Shown here piece after piece: positions 53,137-64,000 of a stretch of DNA of 64,000 nt (the first letter of the stretch is position 1; each line of letters starts with the position of its first letter). The stretch is from Lama guanicoe (taxonomy: Eukaryota). The stretch is taken from contig MU056000.1 of the NCBI GenBank assembly GCA_013239625.1, positions 8,161,214 through 8,225,213 of the forward strand, read 5' to 3'. Under the pieces are notes generated by a model that searched no databases, was not told the DNA's origin, and saw only the letters and a list, made by a program, of their open reading frames with translations. Both the position numbers and the translations under genes were made by a program.

Positions 53137-54444
53137 TCTTTACAGCAACAGAACCACTTCTTTGGCATGGAGAATGTGAAACTATAGTTAAAATACTTTC
53201 TGTGCATTGAAGAACTGTATAAATTCAGTCAGAGATGTTTTGACTGCCATTAAAAAGTGTTTCGAATGAAGTCCAATGACTCCCACAATGGTGTGAGCTG
53301 TGTTTCACATTTTCTTGATTGGGATGTATCAATCTAATTAGGCTGGTGTTTCACTCAGTAAGAAAGCACCATGCTGACCATCAGGCCTTGCTTTGAACTA
53401 TCTATCTGCTGCCAGATGCTCATATCAAGTGACTTAAGACTTTCTGTTAGGAAAGCAGGGATTTTCTTTTACCATTCCTTCCTCAAATGGATGTTATAAA
53501 TTGAAAACAAGATCTACTCAGAGGCATTGGACTCATAAATACAGTAACTATAGTTATTAATGGTAATAACTATGGCAGGTGTCAGTGCTTATCTCGTTAA
53601 CTACCATCTACAATGAATCTTGCATGTGAAATATAGATTTCTTGGGCATGTATATTATAACAATTACTTTCCAATATCAAAAGGAATTTCAATATTCCAG
53701 AGATCAGGAAGTTCTAGTTTCTGAATAGGTAACACCTGACCATTGTTAAGTTCCATATGAGAACCGTGGCGTATACACTGCTAAGTACCCAGCACAAATG
53801 CACAGATACACTCAAAACATGTGCTTACCTTCCTATCCCTGGAATCATAGGCTTAAGTTGATCTTCCATAATTTCACATCGACTTTAACTACTCTAAAAT
53901 ATATACTTACTAATAAATCTAAGAAGAATATAAAACAGTCAAACCTTTATATCTATCCCCACCAAAACTAAATTACTAGCATAAAAAAGTCAAGTTACAG
54001 TAAACTCAATGTCTAAAATCTTAACTATACTTCAATTAAAAATTATATATATAAATCTTTAAAGATAGGAGAACATGAATTTAAGTAATTATATTACTTA
54101 AGCAATTTTAAGATAATATAATTTTACCCTGCAAACAGCTACTGTTTGTTCTTTTTTCAATACCCTCCCCCTACCTCCAAACACACATACAAATGTAAGA
54201 ACACTGACGAAAAAAAACAATGGCGCCCCATGTGTTCTTCCTTAATAGGCATTATTAAAATCATTATTAAAATCATTATACAGATGAAGTAGCGGAGGCT
54301 CATGAAAGCTAAACGACCAGTCCACTGCACACGGCTCACAATGGAGCCAGAACTTCGTTCAACCTAATTTGACAGGCCATACACTTGATCATTACATTCT
54401 TATTTTTTTAGCTTTTTATTTTTTGAACATTACATTCTTAATAG

Positions 54445-54965
54445 CAATCATTTAGTGCTTCTTTTTACAGCAAAACTTTCAAAAGCTTCCACTTCTTCGT
54501 GTACTATTCACCGACTAAAAACTTTCATGCCTACCATTTCACTGAAATTGGTCTTGCCAAGGTCACCAATGGCTTCCATGTTAGCCTACCCAATAGTTCC
54601 TAACCCTGAATCATCTTCCACATCGTCTAGCAGCACAGAAATCCTCTCTTCTTGGCATCTCTGACTTAAAGGCTCTTATGCTTTGCTTTTCATTCTCTTT
54701 TGTGGGCTCTTTCCTTCTGCTCAGCTGTTAAATATTAGGGTGGTTCAGTTCTAAACCATTGGCACCTTGGCTTCTGCATCTGCACTTTCAGCGGTGGGCA
54801 CAACATACTCGTTGAAATTACCTGGATTTTATTTTCTTGTTTACTGGTTTATTGTCTCCCCCGACTAGTACTTAAGACCCATGAGTCATGAGACACAGGA
54901 AGAATTTAGTTAAATGTTTTCTAGATCAAAGGATGGATAGATGAATGGATGGATGAATGGATGGA
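54445..54965 (+). mobile_element. L2 fragments ending in (GGAT)n/(GGAA)n
   Basis: cactgaaattggtcttgccaaggtcaccaatggcttccatg..tttattgtctccccgactag..gatgaatggatggatg. Confidence 0.75.
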
Positions 54966-57029
54966 TGGAGGGAAGGAAGGAGGGAAGGAAGAGAGTGTGG
55001 TGTGTGTGTAAACTTTATTCTTCCCGGAAAAACCATGACTTGACCTGGTAAAGAGTGACTATAGATTATCTCTATATTAGGACCCTCTTTTCTAGTAAAA
55101 CTTGGATCGGCTTTGTCTGCATTCCATTCCCTTGGCCAATCTGCATTAGAATTGTTGATTCCAAGTATTAAACAGAAGGATCAGGTCCATCTGTAATACA
55201 TGGTATGAGTGTAAGTTCTCCAGAAGGGAACTGTCACGCTGGATTTAACCACCCTCCCACCAAGTAGGAATGCCAAAAATCACCACGGCAGAGTGAAGCC
55301 TGTGCTAGGTCTAAAGTGAGTAAGCTCTAGTAGCAGAATTCCTTCTACTGTTGCTTCTGAGAAACCTACAGTTTAGCTTCAGGCCTTGATTTCAGTCGTA
55401 GCAACTTCTCACTTGTAGGACTCTCCAAGGCTTTATTTAGTTTCCTTAGAGTCTTGCCTGATGCTGTCTAGACTGACCTCAAAGGATAGCCCTTCCAGCT
55501 TTGACTGCCTTCAGCCAGTGCCTCCTCACCCACCATCATGCCTCCCGCTTTCCCCATCAGACGGGCAGCCCCACTCTCCTGCTGATCTTGAGAGCTTTTG
55601 TGGGGAAACTGTGCTACTTCATCTGCCATCTCCCATAGCTCAGCACCTAGCAGTCTGCAACAAATAGACTTAATACAGTCAGGATTCCTCTTTATGAGAA
55701 ATGCTAATGACGGTAGCCACTTGCATTTCACAACAGAACAGTGTGATTCTGTGAACCGAAAGAAACAAGTGAAAAGAAATGACGACTTTGCACTATTTGG
55801 TTTATACTTTATACTTGATGTAATTGTCATTGTTTTCCTCATTTCTGTACTTCCTATTTTAATTCATGGAGGAGTAGAGGAGTGATTTGAATGCTCACAC
55901 AGGTGGTGTACTTATTATGAGTTAAAAATACAATAAATATCCATATCAAAGGGAAAATGACACATCAAAGATGCTTTTTTCAAAATTAAGATGGCCATAT
56001 TTTTTAAGGCTATTTACCTTTCAACAGCACTTTTAATTTTGCCTCCTTCCCCCACAATCACATGTCAAATAAATCCTATTTTAACACCAAGAACCTTATC
56101 AGAGGACCCTTCTGTCTAGTTGAGCCTTCCTTGATCATTCTCAAGCAGTTTTTGTCATCTATCTAAGTCTCTATTTCTTCACCATCACACTTACGAAGGA
56201 ATAATGACAGCTCTGATCTTAAACGGTTATTCTGAAAATTGAATTAAATAATCCAGGTCAAACATGTATCATACGCTCAGTTCACGGTACATGCTCAGTG
56301 CACTCCGGCATCATCATCCTCCCCACCATCACCACTCAACACATACTTAATCATCATCTACTTTGAATTTCCTTAGCACTCTTCAAAGTCATCTGCCACA
56401 CGTTACTAGTCTTCTGATCCTAACACAGTATCTGGCAGAAATTAAGCATTTAGTAAATGTATATTGAGTGTTGGTCAAGTCTTAGCCTCTTGTTAGTTTT
56501 ACTTATACAAAGATTATGTTGCGTCCCTTCTGAGGCTGGATAGAGTGTTACGGATGTAGCAAACCCAGTGGATGCTCGCTGACCAAACAGCGCATGGCCA
56601 GTGTTAAACATCCATTAGGAAATGATGCGGAGAGCTCGGTATCCCAGTACAACGATGAGCGATACCAGATCCCCTCCCAACAGGAATGATTTATAAACGC
56701 TTCTCTCTCGCCCTTTATGGATAACTGATTACGTGTAGAAAGAATACTGCTGTAACCTACGCAGCAGTGTGCGACTAGCCTCACGTGGTGACGTTAAAGC
56801 CCAGGGAAGAAAGAGACCCGTCTCAAATCAATCAGGCACACTGTGTGGCTACTGGCTATTCGTTCTGGCATCAAAGAGTGGGAGAATTTAAAATATTAAA
56901 TAGGTAGGGAAATGTTAAATAGAGAGTAATCTATTTAATACTGTCACTTAAACAGAGTTTTGAGTGCATCGGAATAAAGATCGTAAATTTTGCATGAAAG
57001 ACATGATGAAGGTACAATTTATTACTCAG

Positions 57030-57195
57030 CCTCTGGACGGGGTGGTTTAGTGGACGCAGCCTTGGACAGGAAGTCATAGAGATCCAGCTGCAGAGTCTCA
57101 ACTTCCTGATTTCGGACAAATCACCTTTCATGCGGGACTTAGTTTTCATCTGAAGCCTGTCCCTTCCCTTCCAGTTGTAAAACTCCAAGTTTCAA
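57030..57195 (+). mobile_element. MIR/MIR3 fragment
   Basis: ggtttagtggacgcagccttggacaggaagtca..ggacaaatcacc..cttagttttcatctg..cttccagttgtaaaactc. Confidence 0.55.
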
Positions 57196-57576
57196 GTAAT
57201 AACCCCATCACCACAATCCGGCTTTTGTTTAGCATGTGCCTCTAGAAGCATTGCCACAGACGACAGTCAATTCTCTTCTCCACGTTAGAATTCAACATCC
57301 TATCCTGGCTCTATCTGCAGGGAGATAGTACCAAATCAGTGGTCACAGTGAGGACGTGCCGCAGTGGCCAGCTGTTTCCCCAGGTGAACGAGGGTCTCAC
57401 ACAGTCCAGGGATATCACAGACCAGTACTTCCCATTCATTCTGGTCCCAGCCTACTCAGGACAAGATGGTAGACAGGGCCACAGCAGGTATCAGACCACA
57501 TTATTCAAGACTCATTAAATCCCATTATTCCGTATAGGAATACACCATTCACTGTACACAGGCACCGTTCTTGGAT

Positions 57577-58634
57577 AATAAATGAACCTCCTAGAAGAAA
57601 ATATAGGCAAAACATTATCTGACACACATCTCAAAAATGTTCTCCTAGGGCAGTCTACCCAAGCAATAGAAATATAAGCAAGAATAAACAAATGGGACCT
57701 AATCAAACTTACAAGCTTCTGCATGCAAAGGAAACCATAAGTAAAACAAAAAGACAACCTACAGAATGGGAGAAGATTTTTGCAAATGAAACCAACAGAG
57801 GCTTGATCTCCAGAATATATAAGCAGCTCCTATAACTTAGTAAGAAAAAAAACAAACAACCCAATCCAAAAATGGGCAGAAGACCTAAACAAGCAATTCT
57901 CCAAGGAACAAATACAAATGATCAATAGGCAGATGAGAAAATGCTCAATATCACTAATTAGCAGAGAAATGCAAATCAAAACTACAATGAGGCATCACCT
58001 CACACCAGTCAGAATGGCCATCATTCAAAAGTCCACAAATGACAAATGCTGGAGAGACTGTGGATAAAAGGGAACCCTCCTACACTGCCGGTGGGAATCC
58101 AGTTTGGTGTAGCCATTGTGGAAAACAGTATGGAGAGTCCTCAAAAGACTAGGAATAGACTTACCGTATGACCCAGGAATCCCGCTCCTGGGCATATATT
58201 CAGAAGGAACCCTACTTCAAAATGACACCTGCACCCCAATGTTCATAGCAGCACTATTTACAATAGCCAAGACATGAAAACAGCCTAAGTGCCCATCAAC
58301 AGATGACTGGATAAAGAAGAGGTGGTATATTTCTACGATGGAATACTATTCAGCCATAAAAATGACAACATAACGCCATTTGCAGCAATGTCATTCTAAG
58401 TGAAGTAAGCCAGAAAGAGAAAGAAAAATACCAATGAGATCGCTCATATGTGGAATCTAAAAAAAACAAAACAAAACAAAACATAAATACCAAACAGAAA
58501 CAGACTCATAGACATAGAATACAAACTTATGGTTCAAGGGGGCGGGGAGTAGGAAGGGACAGACTGGGATTTCAAAATGTAGAATAGATAAACAAGATTA
58601 TACCGTATAGCACAGGGAAATATACAAGATCTTG
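57577..58634 (+). mobile_element. Young camelid-type L1 (ORF2 C-terminus plus partial 3' UTR), 3' end lost
   Basis: ctcctagaagaaaatataggcaaaaca..ggcatcacctcacaccagtcagaatggcc..atagcacagggaaatatacaagatcttgt; no poly(A). Confidence 0.95.
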
Positions 58635-58644
58635 TGCTTAGAGC

Positions 58645-58682
58645 GCTAAGCACACGCTCTACCACTGAGCTATACTCTCCCC
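58645..58682 (-). mobile_element. 5' part only of a tRNA-Ala-derived SINE
   Basis: Reverse complement reads ggggagagtatagctcagtggtagagcgtgtgcttagc. Confidence 0.88.
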
Positions 58683-59638
58683 TTCACTTTTAAAAATCAA
58701 GTTTCTGTGGGAAACAAGGACATTTTCAACATATCTTGCCTAATATTTCTGATATCAAGAACTTGCAGTGGAGCTATCTGACATGATTATATGCAACAGG
58801 CAGGCTTCCCGTGTCATTTGCCATTGAACATGTAGATTTTTTAAATTCCGTAACTGGCACTAATTTCACACATAATCCACAAATACTGGTCATGTTCAAA
58901 GCTTAATACAGAACAAAATTATGAAGGATAACAATTAGGTTTTCTTCAAGGCTTGTTCCAGCTCTAAAGCACATCATTTTATAATATCCGGAGTGATCAC
59001 GCAGATGTGTAACAGAGCTATTTTTAAATCACATAAGATTACTTTCGATATGGTTTCTATTTTGGAGGTGTTTTTACGCCTTTGAAAAATAACTTCCCAG
59101 TAGACATAAATGCACAGAGTACATGTACTGAGGCACAGGTGCATAACCAGCAGTCCCTCAACAGTTAATGACCTTGAACTTCAGCACCCAGAGCGGAAAC
59201 CGCCAATCCTCTTTTTATGTTATCACTCTATACCAGGATAATCTCAGTCCTACAAAAGGACATTTCTCTGGTGTCCATCGGTTTGGTGGTTCAGGTGCAA
59301 AGTACCTAGGCTGGAGTCCACACCTCTTGAGATAGAAACTTTGGGTGGATACAGAACACATGATCGTGAGAACGGCAGGGCCCCGCGGAGAGGAACACAG
59401 TGAGAAGAACGGACTGGTTTATTCACTGGTGCCTGAAAGAGCTAACGCGTGGGGGGCTTCCCGGCATCTGCTCTCTCTCTCTCCTGCCCCTCCCTCTCCC
59501 CCCACCCCCAGCTGGAATGCCGCCTGGTTGCATATCCAAATCCCGCCCACCTTTCTCTACTAAGTCCACTAACTCCTCTATTGATGAGCCCTCCTTGGCC
59601 CTGGTCAGCACACACTGACCTCTCCTTGCTGTGAACCT

Positions 59639-59672
59639 GGGGCTGGGGGTGGGGTGGGGTGGGGTGGGGTGG
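59639..59672 (+). repeat. (GGGGT)n G-quadruplex-forming motif
   Basis: ggggctgggggtggggtggggtggggtggggtgg: six tracts of 4 or more G. Confidence 0.85.
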
Positions 59673-59959
59673 AGTTCAGACTGCCCACACCTCCCATCTT
59701 CCTTTTCACCAGGCACTGTCTGGTCTCCAGGCCTCCCCCTAAGGCCCTGGGTTCTGGCGCTTTATCTGTTATTGTCACAGCGATTCTTTAGCTAATTAAT
59801 CCCCTGGTTATACAAGTTCAGCCATGTTCAAAAAGCGATCCTCATAAATCATGATGGGCAGAAATGCTTGTTCAGAAGGAAAAAAAAAAATCCCTTAAGG
59901 GCCAGCTCCTTCTGGAATTGTCTCTGTTGAAGGTAAGATGATAGACGGGAGGAACCCTA

Positions 59960-60135
59960 ATCCCGCCAGCGCCCTGGCTCCCCACCCCGATGCGCCCGGC
60001 GCAGGGTCTCGGGCTCCCCCAGCGCCCCGCGCAGGGTCTCGGGCTCCCCCCGCCCCGCCCCGGCCCAGCCCCCGCCCGCGCCAGGCACAACTGCGCACTT
60101 CACCTCCTGACAAAACAGCGATCTGAGCGGTCTCC
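59960..60135. promoter_or_regulatory. Small CpG-rich island with Sp/KLF GC boxes; candidate promoter or enhancer
   Basis: Densest CpG cluster in the window; CCGCCC boxes at about 60050-60077; internal 30-bp tandem duplication. Confidence 0.65.
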
Positions 60136-63100
60136 TTGACTTGTAACACCCCGACTTCAACACAACCCCTCTCAAGCATTAAACCCAAAGTAGTCTGGTT
60201 CTAATTTTCGGAATGAAAGGCTTTTGTCCTTTGGCTAACAGGATTTCAAGCATCAGCAAACAGAGTGGTTTGATTGTTGCTTTGAGTCTAGAAGGACCAG
60301 GGAAGCGACACTCCGGTCCTTGGTGCTTTAATGGTAGGGGAGGCGGTGACAGTGACATGGCATGAACAGAGAACCCAGTGTTCACACAGTTTCTTTCCCC
60401 AACAAAGCCCTCTCTCCATGAGGATTTTAGGTAATTGGAAGATTGGTACTAGAGACAAAGGGGCGGGAGGCGGGGGGTATAGCTTCTAGCTCTTCCTTAA
60501 GAAATTCCTTTCTCTAAAAGAGTCTACCTTTTCTATTTTTAACAAAGCATCTAGACACTTCAACACAATTATTGCTCAGAACAAAATAAATGTAGTATGA
60601 ACGTTCTCTGGTGGCAATATACACTGGGACTTACATCATACATCAAATTGCGTACGAAGAGTTCACTCACTATGCAAAGCTTATCTTTGTTTCCCGTTAT
60701 GCGAAGCAAGCAAACACACACACACACAAAGACTATAATGGTGTCCTTTTACTTGAGTCCTTGAACTAGCATCCCTTATCTGCTGTGTTCATTGATCCAT
60801 AGCTTATTCATAATTCTTTGCATGATATGATCTGACACAGGAATTTAAGCAGAATATGTAACTAACGTTACCTAACTCGGAGAAGCAGCTTGTGTAAAGA
60901 AGCTGAAAGTGGGTTTTGTGTTCATCATAGATGGTCCTTCCCGAGAGTGAGAGGAAACGCACCAGTGAGCGCCTCAGTGCTTTTAAACATGGTCAAACGT
61001 CCACACTGGAATTACCAATGGAGATTTTTTATGCTCAGCCCAACCCACAGAACTTAGAGCACAGTTATCAACAAGAAATGGTTACAGAATTATTAGTCAT
61101 CAACAATTGCTGAAGTGGCAACAGGAAACCTCCTCTCTGGGTACCCTCTTTGGCCAGGAGGCTCTTGCAACACACATGATGCTTCAGAGTTAAACTTACA
61201 GACACTTACTTACAGACTGTGCACAAATAGAAACGCTGTCTTTTATATTATGAATAAAATGTTCAAACTAAAAGCATATAATCATACTTGATTTTCCCAA
61301 AGAATTTAGGAAGCGTTTCAATGCAAACATTTTGATTTAAGTTCTCTGGCTTTGTAGGTAAAGATCTCCAATTTTCCATCACCTGCTGTGAGACACCAGA
61401 AACATCAAAATCTGGAGGAAGAGCAGTGCTGTCACCTCCTTCCACAACAATCCACTAGGCATCTCTGGGACTTTTTTTTTTTTTTAATCATTACTACAGT
61501 TAGAGTTTCTCACCAGGAATTCAGTTATTGGATAACACTCTTCCAAGCGACAATGTCGCTATATTTAACATTTCATATACACCTGTCTTCTAAATTTTAC
61601 TGTGTCCTCTTAAAGAAGAGAGGGTGATCTTAAGCCTTATTTTCCCCGCGGCACTTGACAGAGAACAGCGGGCAGAGAGACACACGATCAACATTTGTAT
61701 AACGAATGTCTCCCTAAACCGATACCCTAGGGTGTCTTCTAAAAAAGGTCAAACAGTTTGTGACTTGGCTACTGAGATGTATTCGAGGTCTAGAGCATTT
61801 TCTAACTAGAAGTAAACAGATTTCTCTAGAAAAGCAAGTAAACTAGAATAATATCATAGTCACATAATAGTATTAACAGGTTCAGTTGAAAAAGAAACCA
61901 CGCGGTACTAGCATCCATGTAAAGAGAGGCACATTTAAAAGCTCCCTGGGGGCTTATCCATCAATGTCATTTTCACAATCGGTCTCATCTACGGCTCAGG
62001 AAGAATGAACATATTGTTACTCCTGCAATTGTACTTGGTGTCAAATGACACCGCCATCCATCAAGGAGGCATCGTGGTAAATTCAAGCGAAGTCTGCCTT
62101 GGGCTGTATGCACAGAGGCTTTTGGGAACACCGATTATTCTCAGAGCTTCAAAACCATGCTCTGAAGGAACGAAAGGGCAGCTTTTCATTTGTACGCTTA
62201 CTTCAGGTTCATCAAGTAAAGCACAGCAACCCACGGGGATGAAGATGCATTCCCCACGATCCACTTTAACATGAAGTTTCTCATTAAACATATTCCGGAG
62301 TTAGTCCTCCATTGGCGGTTTTATACAGTCAAAGTAACTGGAAGGTATCAGAGGGGCTGGGACAGCCCTGAGTAGAACAGGAATCAAGCTTCCTTGGAAA
62401 CCACCAAAAGGGAGTTGCGGGATCTGGGGCTGGTACCAGACTTCTGAGTGGAGTCAAGGTTTCCCAAAACTCTGTCCCAAATGTCCAGATACATACTGAT
62501 GCCAAACCTGGCCCAACTCAGCCTGACCTTGCCTCAGGGACGACGGCCATTCCCAGCTGGACGTCTGGGGCAGGGTTTGGACCAGGCTCAAAGGACGGGA
62601 GCATCGATACACTTGCTGAATAGAAAAAAGCACCTGGGTGTGGCAGGCATTTCTCTGAATTAATCTCTGTCAGCCCTGATTGCAGTGGGGGCATCAAGCT
62701 GCTTCGTACCCTCAGCACGGAGGTAGTCCCCTGGCTGCTGGGGCCAGGCAGAGCTGCCCTGGGGCGGACAGTTTATGTCACTGGCTTCGGGGGGCACACC
62801 TGCGTTTCTGATCCTCTAACAGGAGGATGCAGACCTGCGCTGACATCACTGGGTGATGAAAACACTTGGGAAGAGAAGCCCCAGGCGCACACTGCACTAA
62901 CCTTGGCACATGAATGCTTGCAGCAGATGGCAGAGAACAGACCAAGGATGCTTGGGCATACCTGCCGTCACTTGCTGTGAGATCTGGAGAAGTAAAAGCT
63001 GCTTATTCCTGGCCAAAAGGTGATGAAAATCAAGGACTCACCCAAGGTAGGACTTTTTTTATCCTACTGAGGGGGCCTTCCCAAATCAAAGTGGGAATCC

Positions 63101-63205
63101 TAGATTATGTACACACGGCCAAATGAGGGAACAATGCTAGCCTGAATGTTCTATCAGATGCATAAAAACAGTTTTTTATAGGACTTTTAAAAATTCTATA
63201 AAGCA

Positions 63206-63350
63206 TTTTTATTGGTCTGTGTTTTTGGGGGTGGGGTGCGGGGAACGGTAGTTAGGCTTGCTTTTTTTTTTTTTAATGGAGGTGCTGGGGATTGAACGAA
63301 GGACCTTGTGCATGCTAGGCGTGCACTCCACCCCTGAGATACATCCTCCT
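63206..63350 (-). mobile_element. tRNA-Ala-derived camelid SINE
   Basis: ttttaatggaggtgctggggattgaacgaaggaccttgtgcatgctaggc..ctgagatacatcctcc. Confidence 0.9.
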
Positions 63351-64000
63351 CTAAAAACAGGGGTGGGGGTTGTTGTTTTTTTTTTTCCTTTTAAACAGAG
63401 CTATTGTTACGTTTGGGAATGCTAATAAATTGATTATCTAATTTCTGTTAAAAAAAAAAAAAAGGAAATGCTCCGTAAAGCCGCAGCCTTCTTTCGAGGA
63501 GGTACATTTTCTTTGTAGATATTCAGAAAAGCTGACAATAACGAATAGAAACTCTTCTATAGTTCATAAATAAGAAATATACATTATGGTTCTACATACC
63601 TTGAGCCATCTCTGAGCTATTTTTAACTCTGCTTTAGTGCTCAAGAGAAACTCACAGAAAAAAAAAAAAAGATTCAATGAAAAGCAATATCCTCACGGGA
63701 GCATAATCAAATAAAGCTTAGTTTGGAAATGGGTTTTGTAGTCTCCTAAATACAATGCATGCTACGGATTTACTCGATCTTTAACCAAACCATGAATATG
63801 AATGGGAACTTCCAAGTAACCCAGGATTATGCAGATCACTTCAGCTTTAGTTAGAGTAAAATTTCAAATAGATGTAGAAATATTTTCATAAAAAAGGGCT
63901 GTAAAGAGATTAATCGTATCTTAAACAATCTAAAATCATGGCTTTGAAAGATCTTGCTTTGGTTTATTGTCTTTAAAAATTACTCAGAACAATATGCTTT

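Noticed and set aside
54250..54279. 12-bp tandem repeat cattattaaaat x2.5
   Set aside because: Ordinary slippage duplication with no spacers; not CRISPR-like.
60473..60490. ggggggtatagct, a tRNA/SINE-like start
   Set aside because: Similarity ends after about 13 nt.
1..64000. Prokaryote-style systems (CRISPR arrays, operons, defence islands) or an intact ERV/L1
   Set aside because: The sequence is mammalian, repeat-rich and non-coding; there is no repeat-spacer array and no long intact ORF.

Overview
Mammalian non-coding DNA, intergenic or deep intronic. It is most likely from a camelid (alpaca/camel lineage), judged by tRNA-Ala-derived Vic-1-type SINEs and cetartiodactyl-type L1 3' ends. 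I cannot support any protein-coding gene: the ORF track is made up of short chance ORFs and repeat-derived ORFs. The window is a mosaic of old repeats (L2, MIR, L1M, MLT1 LTRs, hAT MER fossils) and younger ones (L1 3' ends, SINEs, a MER41-like ERV1 solo LTR). It also holds microsatellites, a near-identical 262-bp tandem duplication and a small CpG/GC-box island near 60 kb. The more unusual observations are small retrotransposition and repair scars: a TSD-flanked orphan poly(A) insertion, a retroposed 5' half of tRNA-Cys, a SINE with an inverted T-arm, a fold-back junction between an L1 and a SINE, and very short TPRT inserts. There are also a few weak exon candidates. I see no evidence for a new multi-gene system. 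Repeat family names come from recalled consensus sequences, and boundaries of old repeats are approximate.
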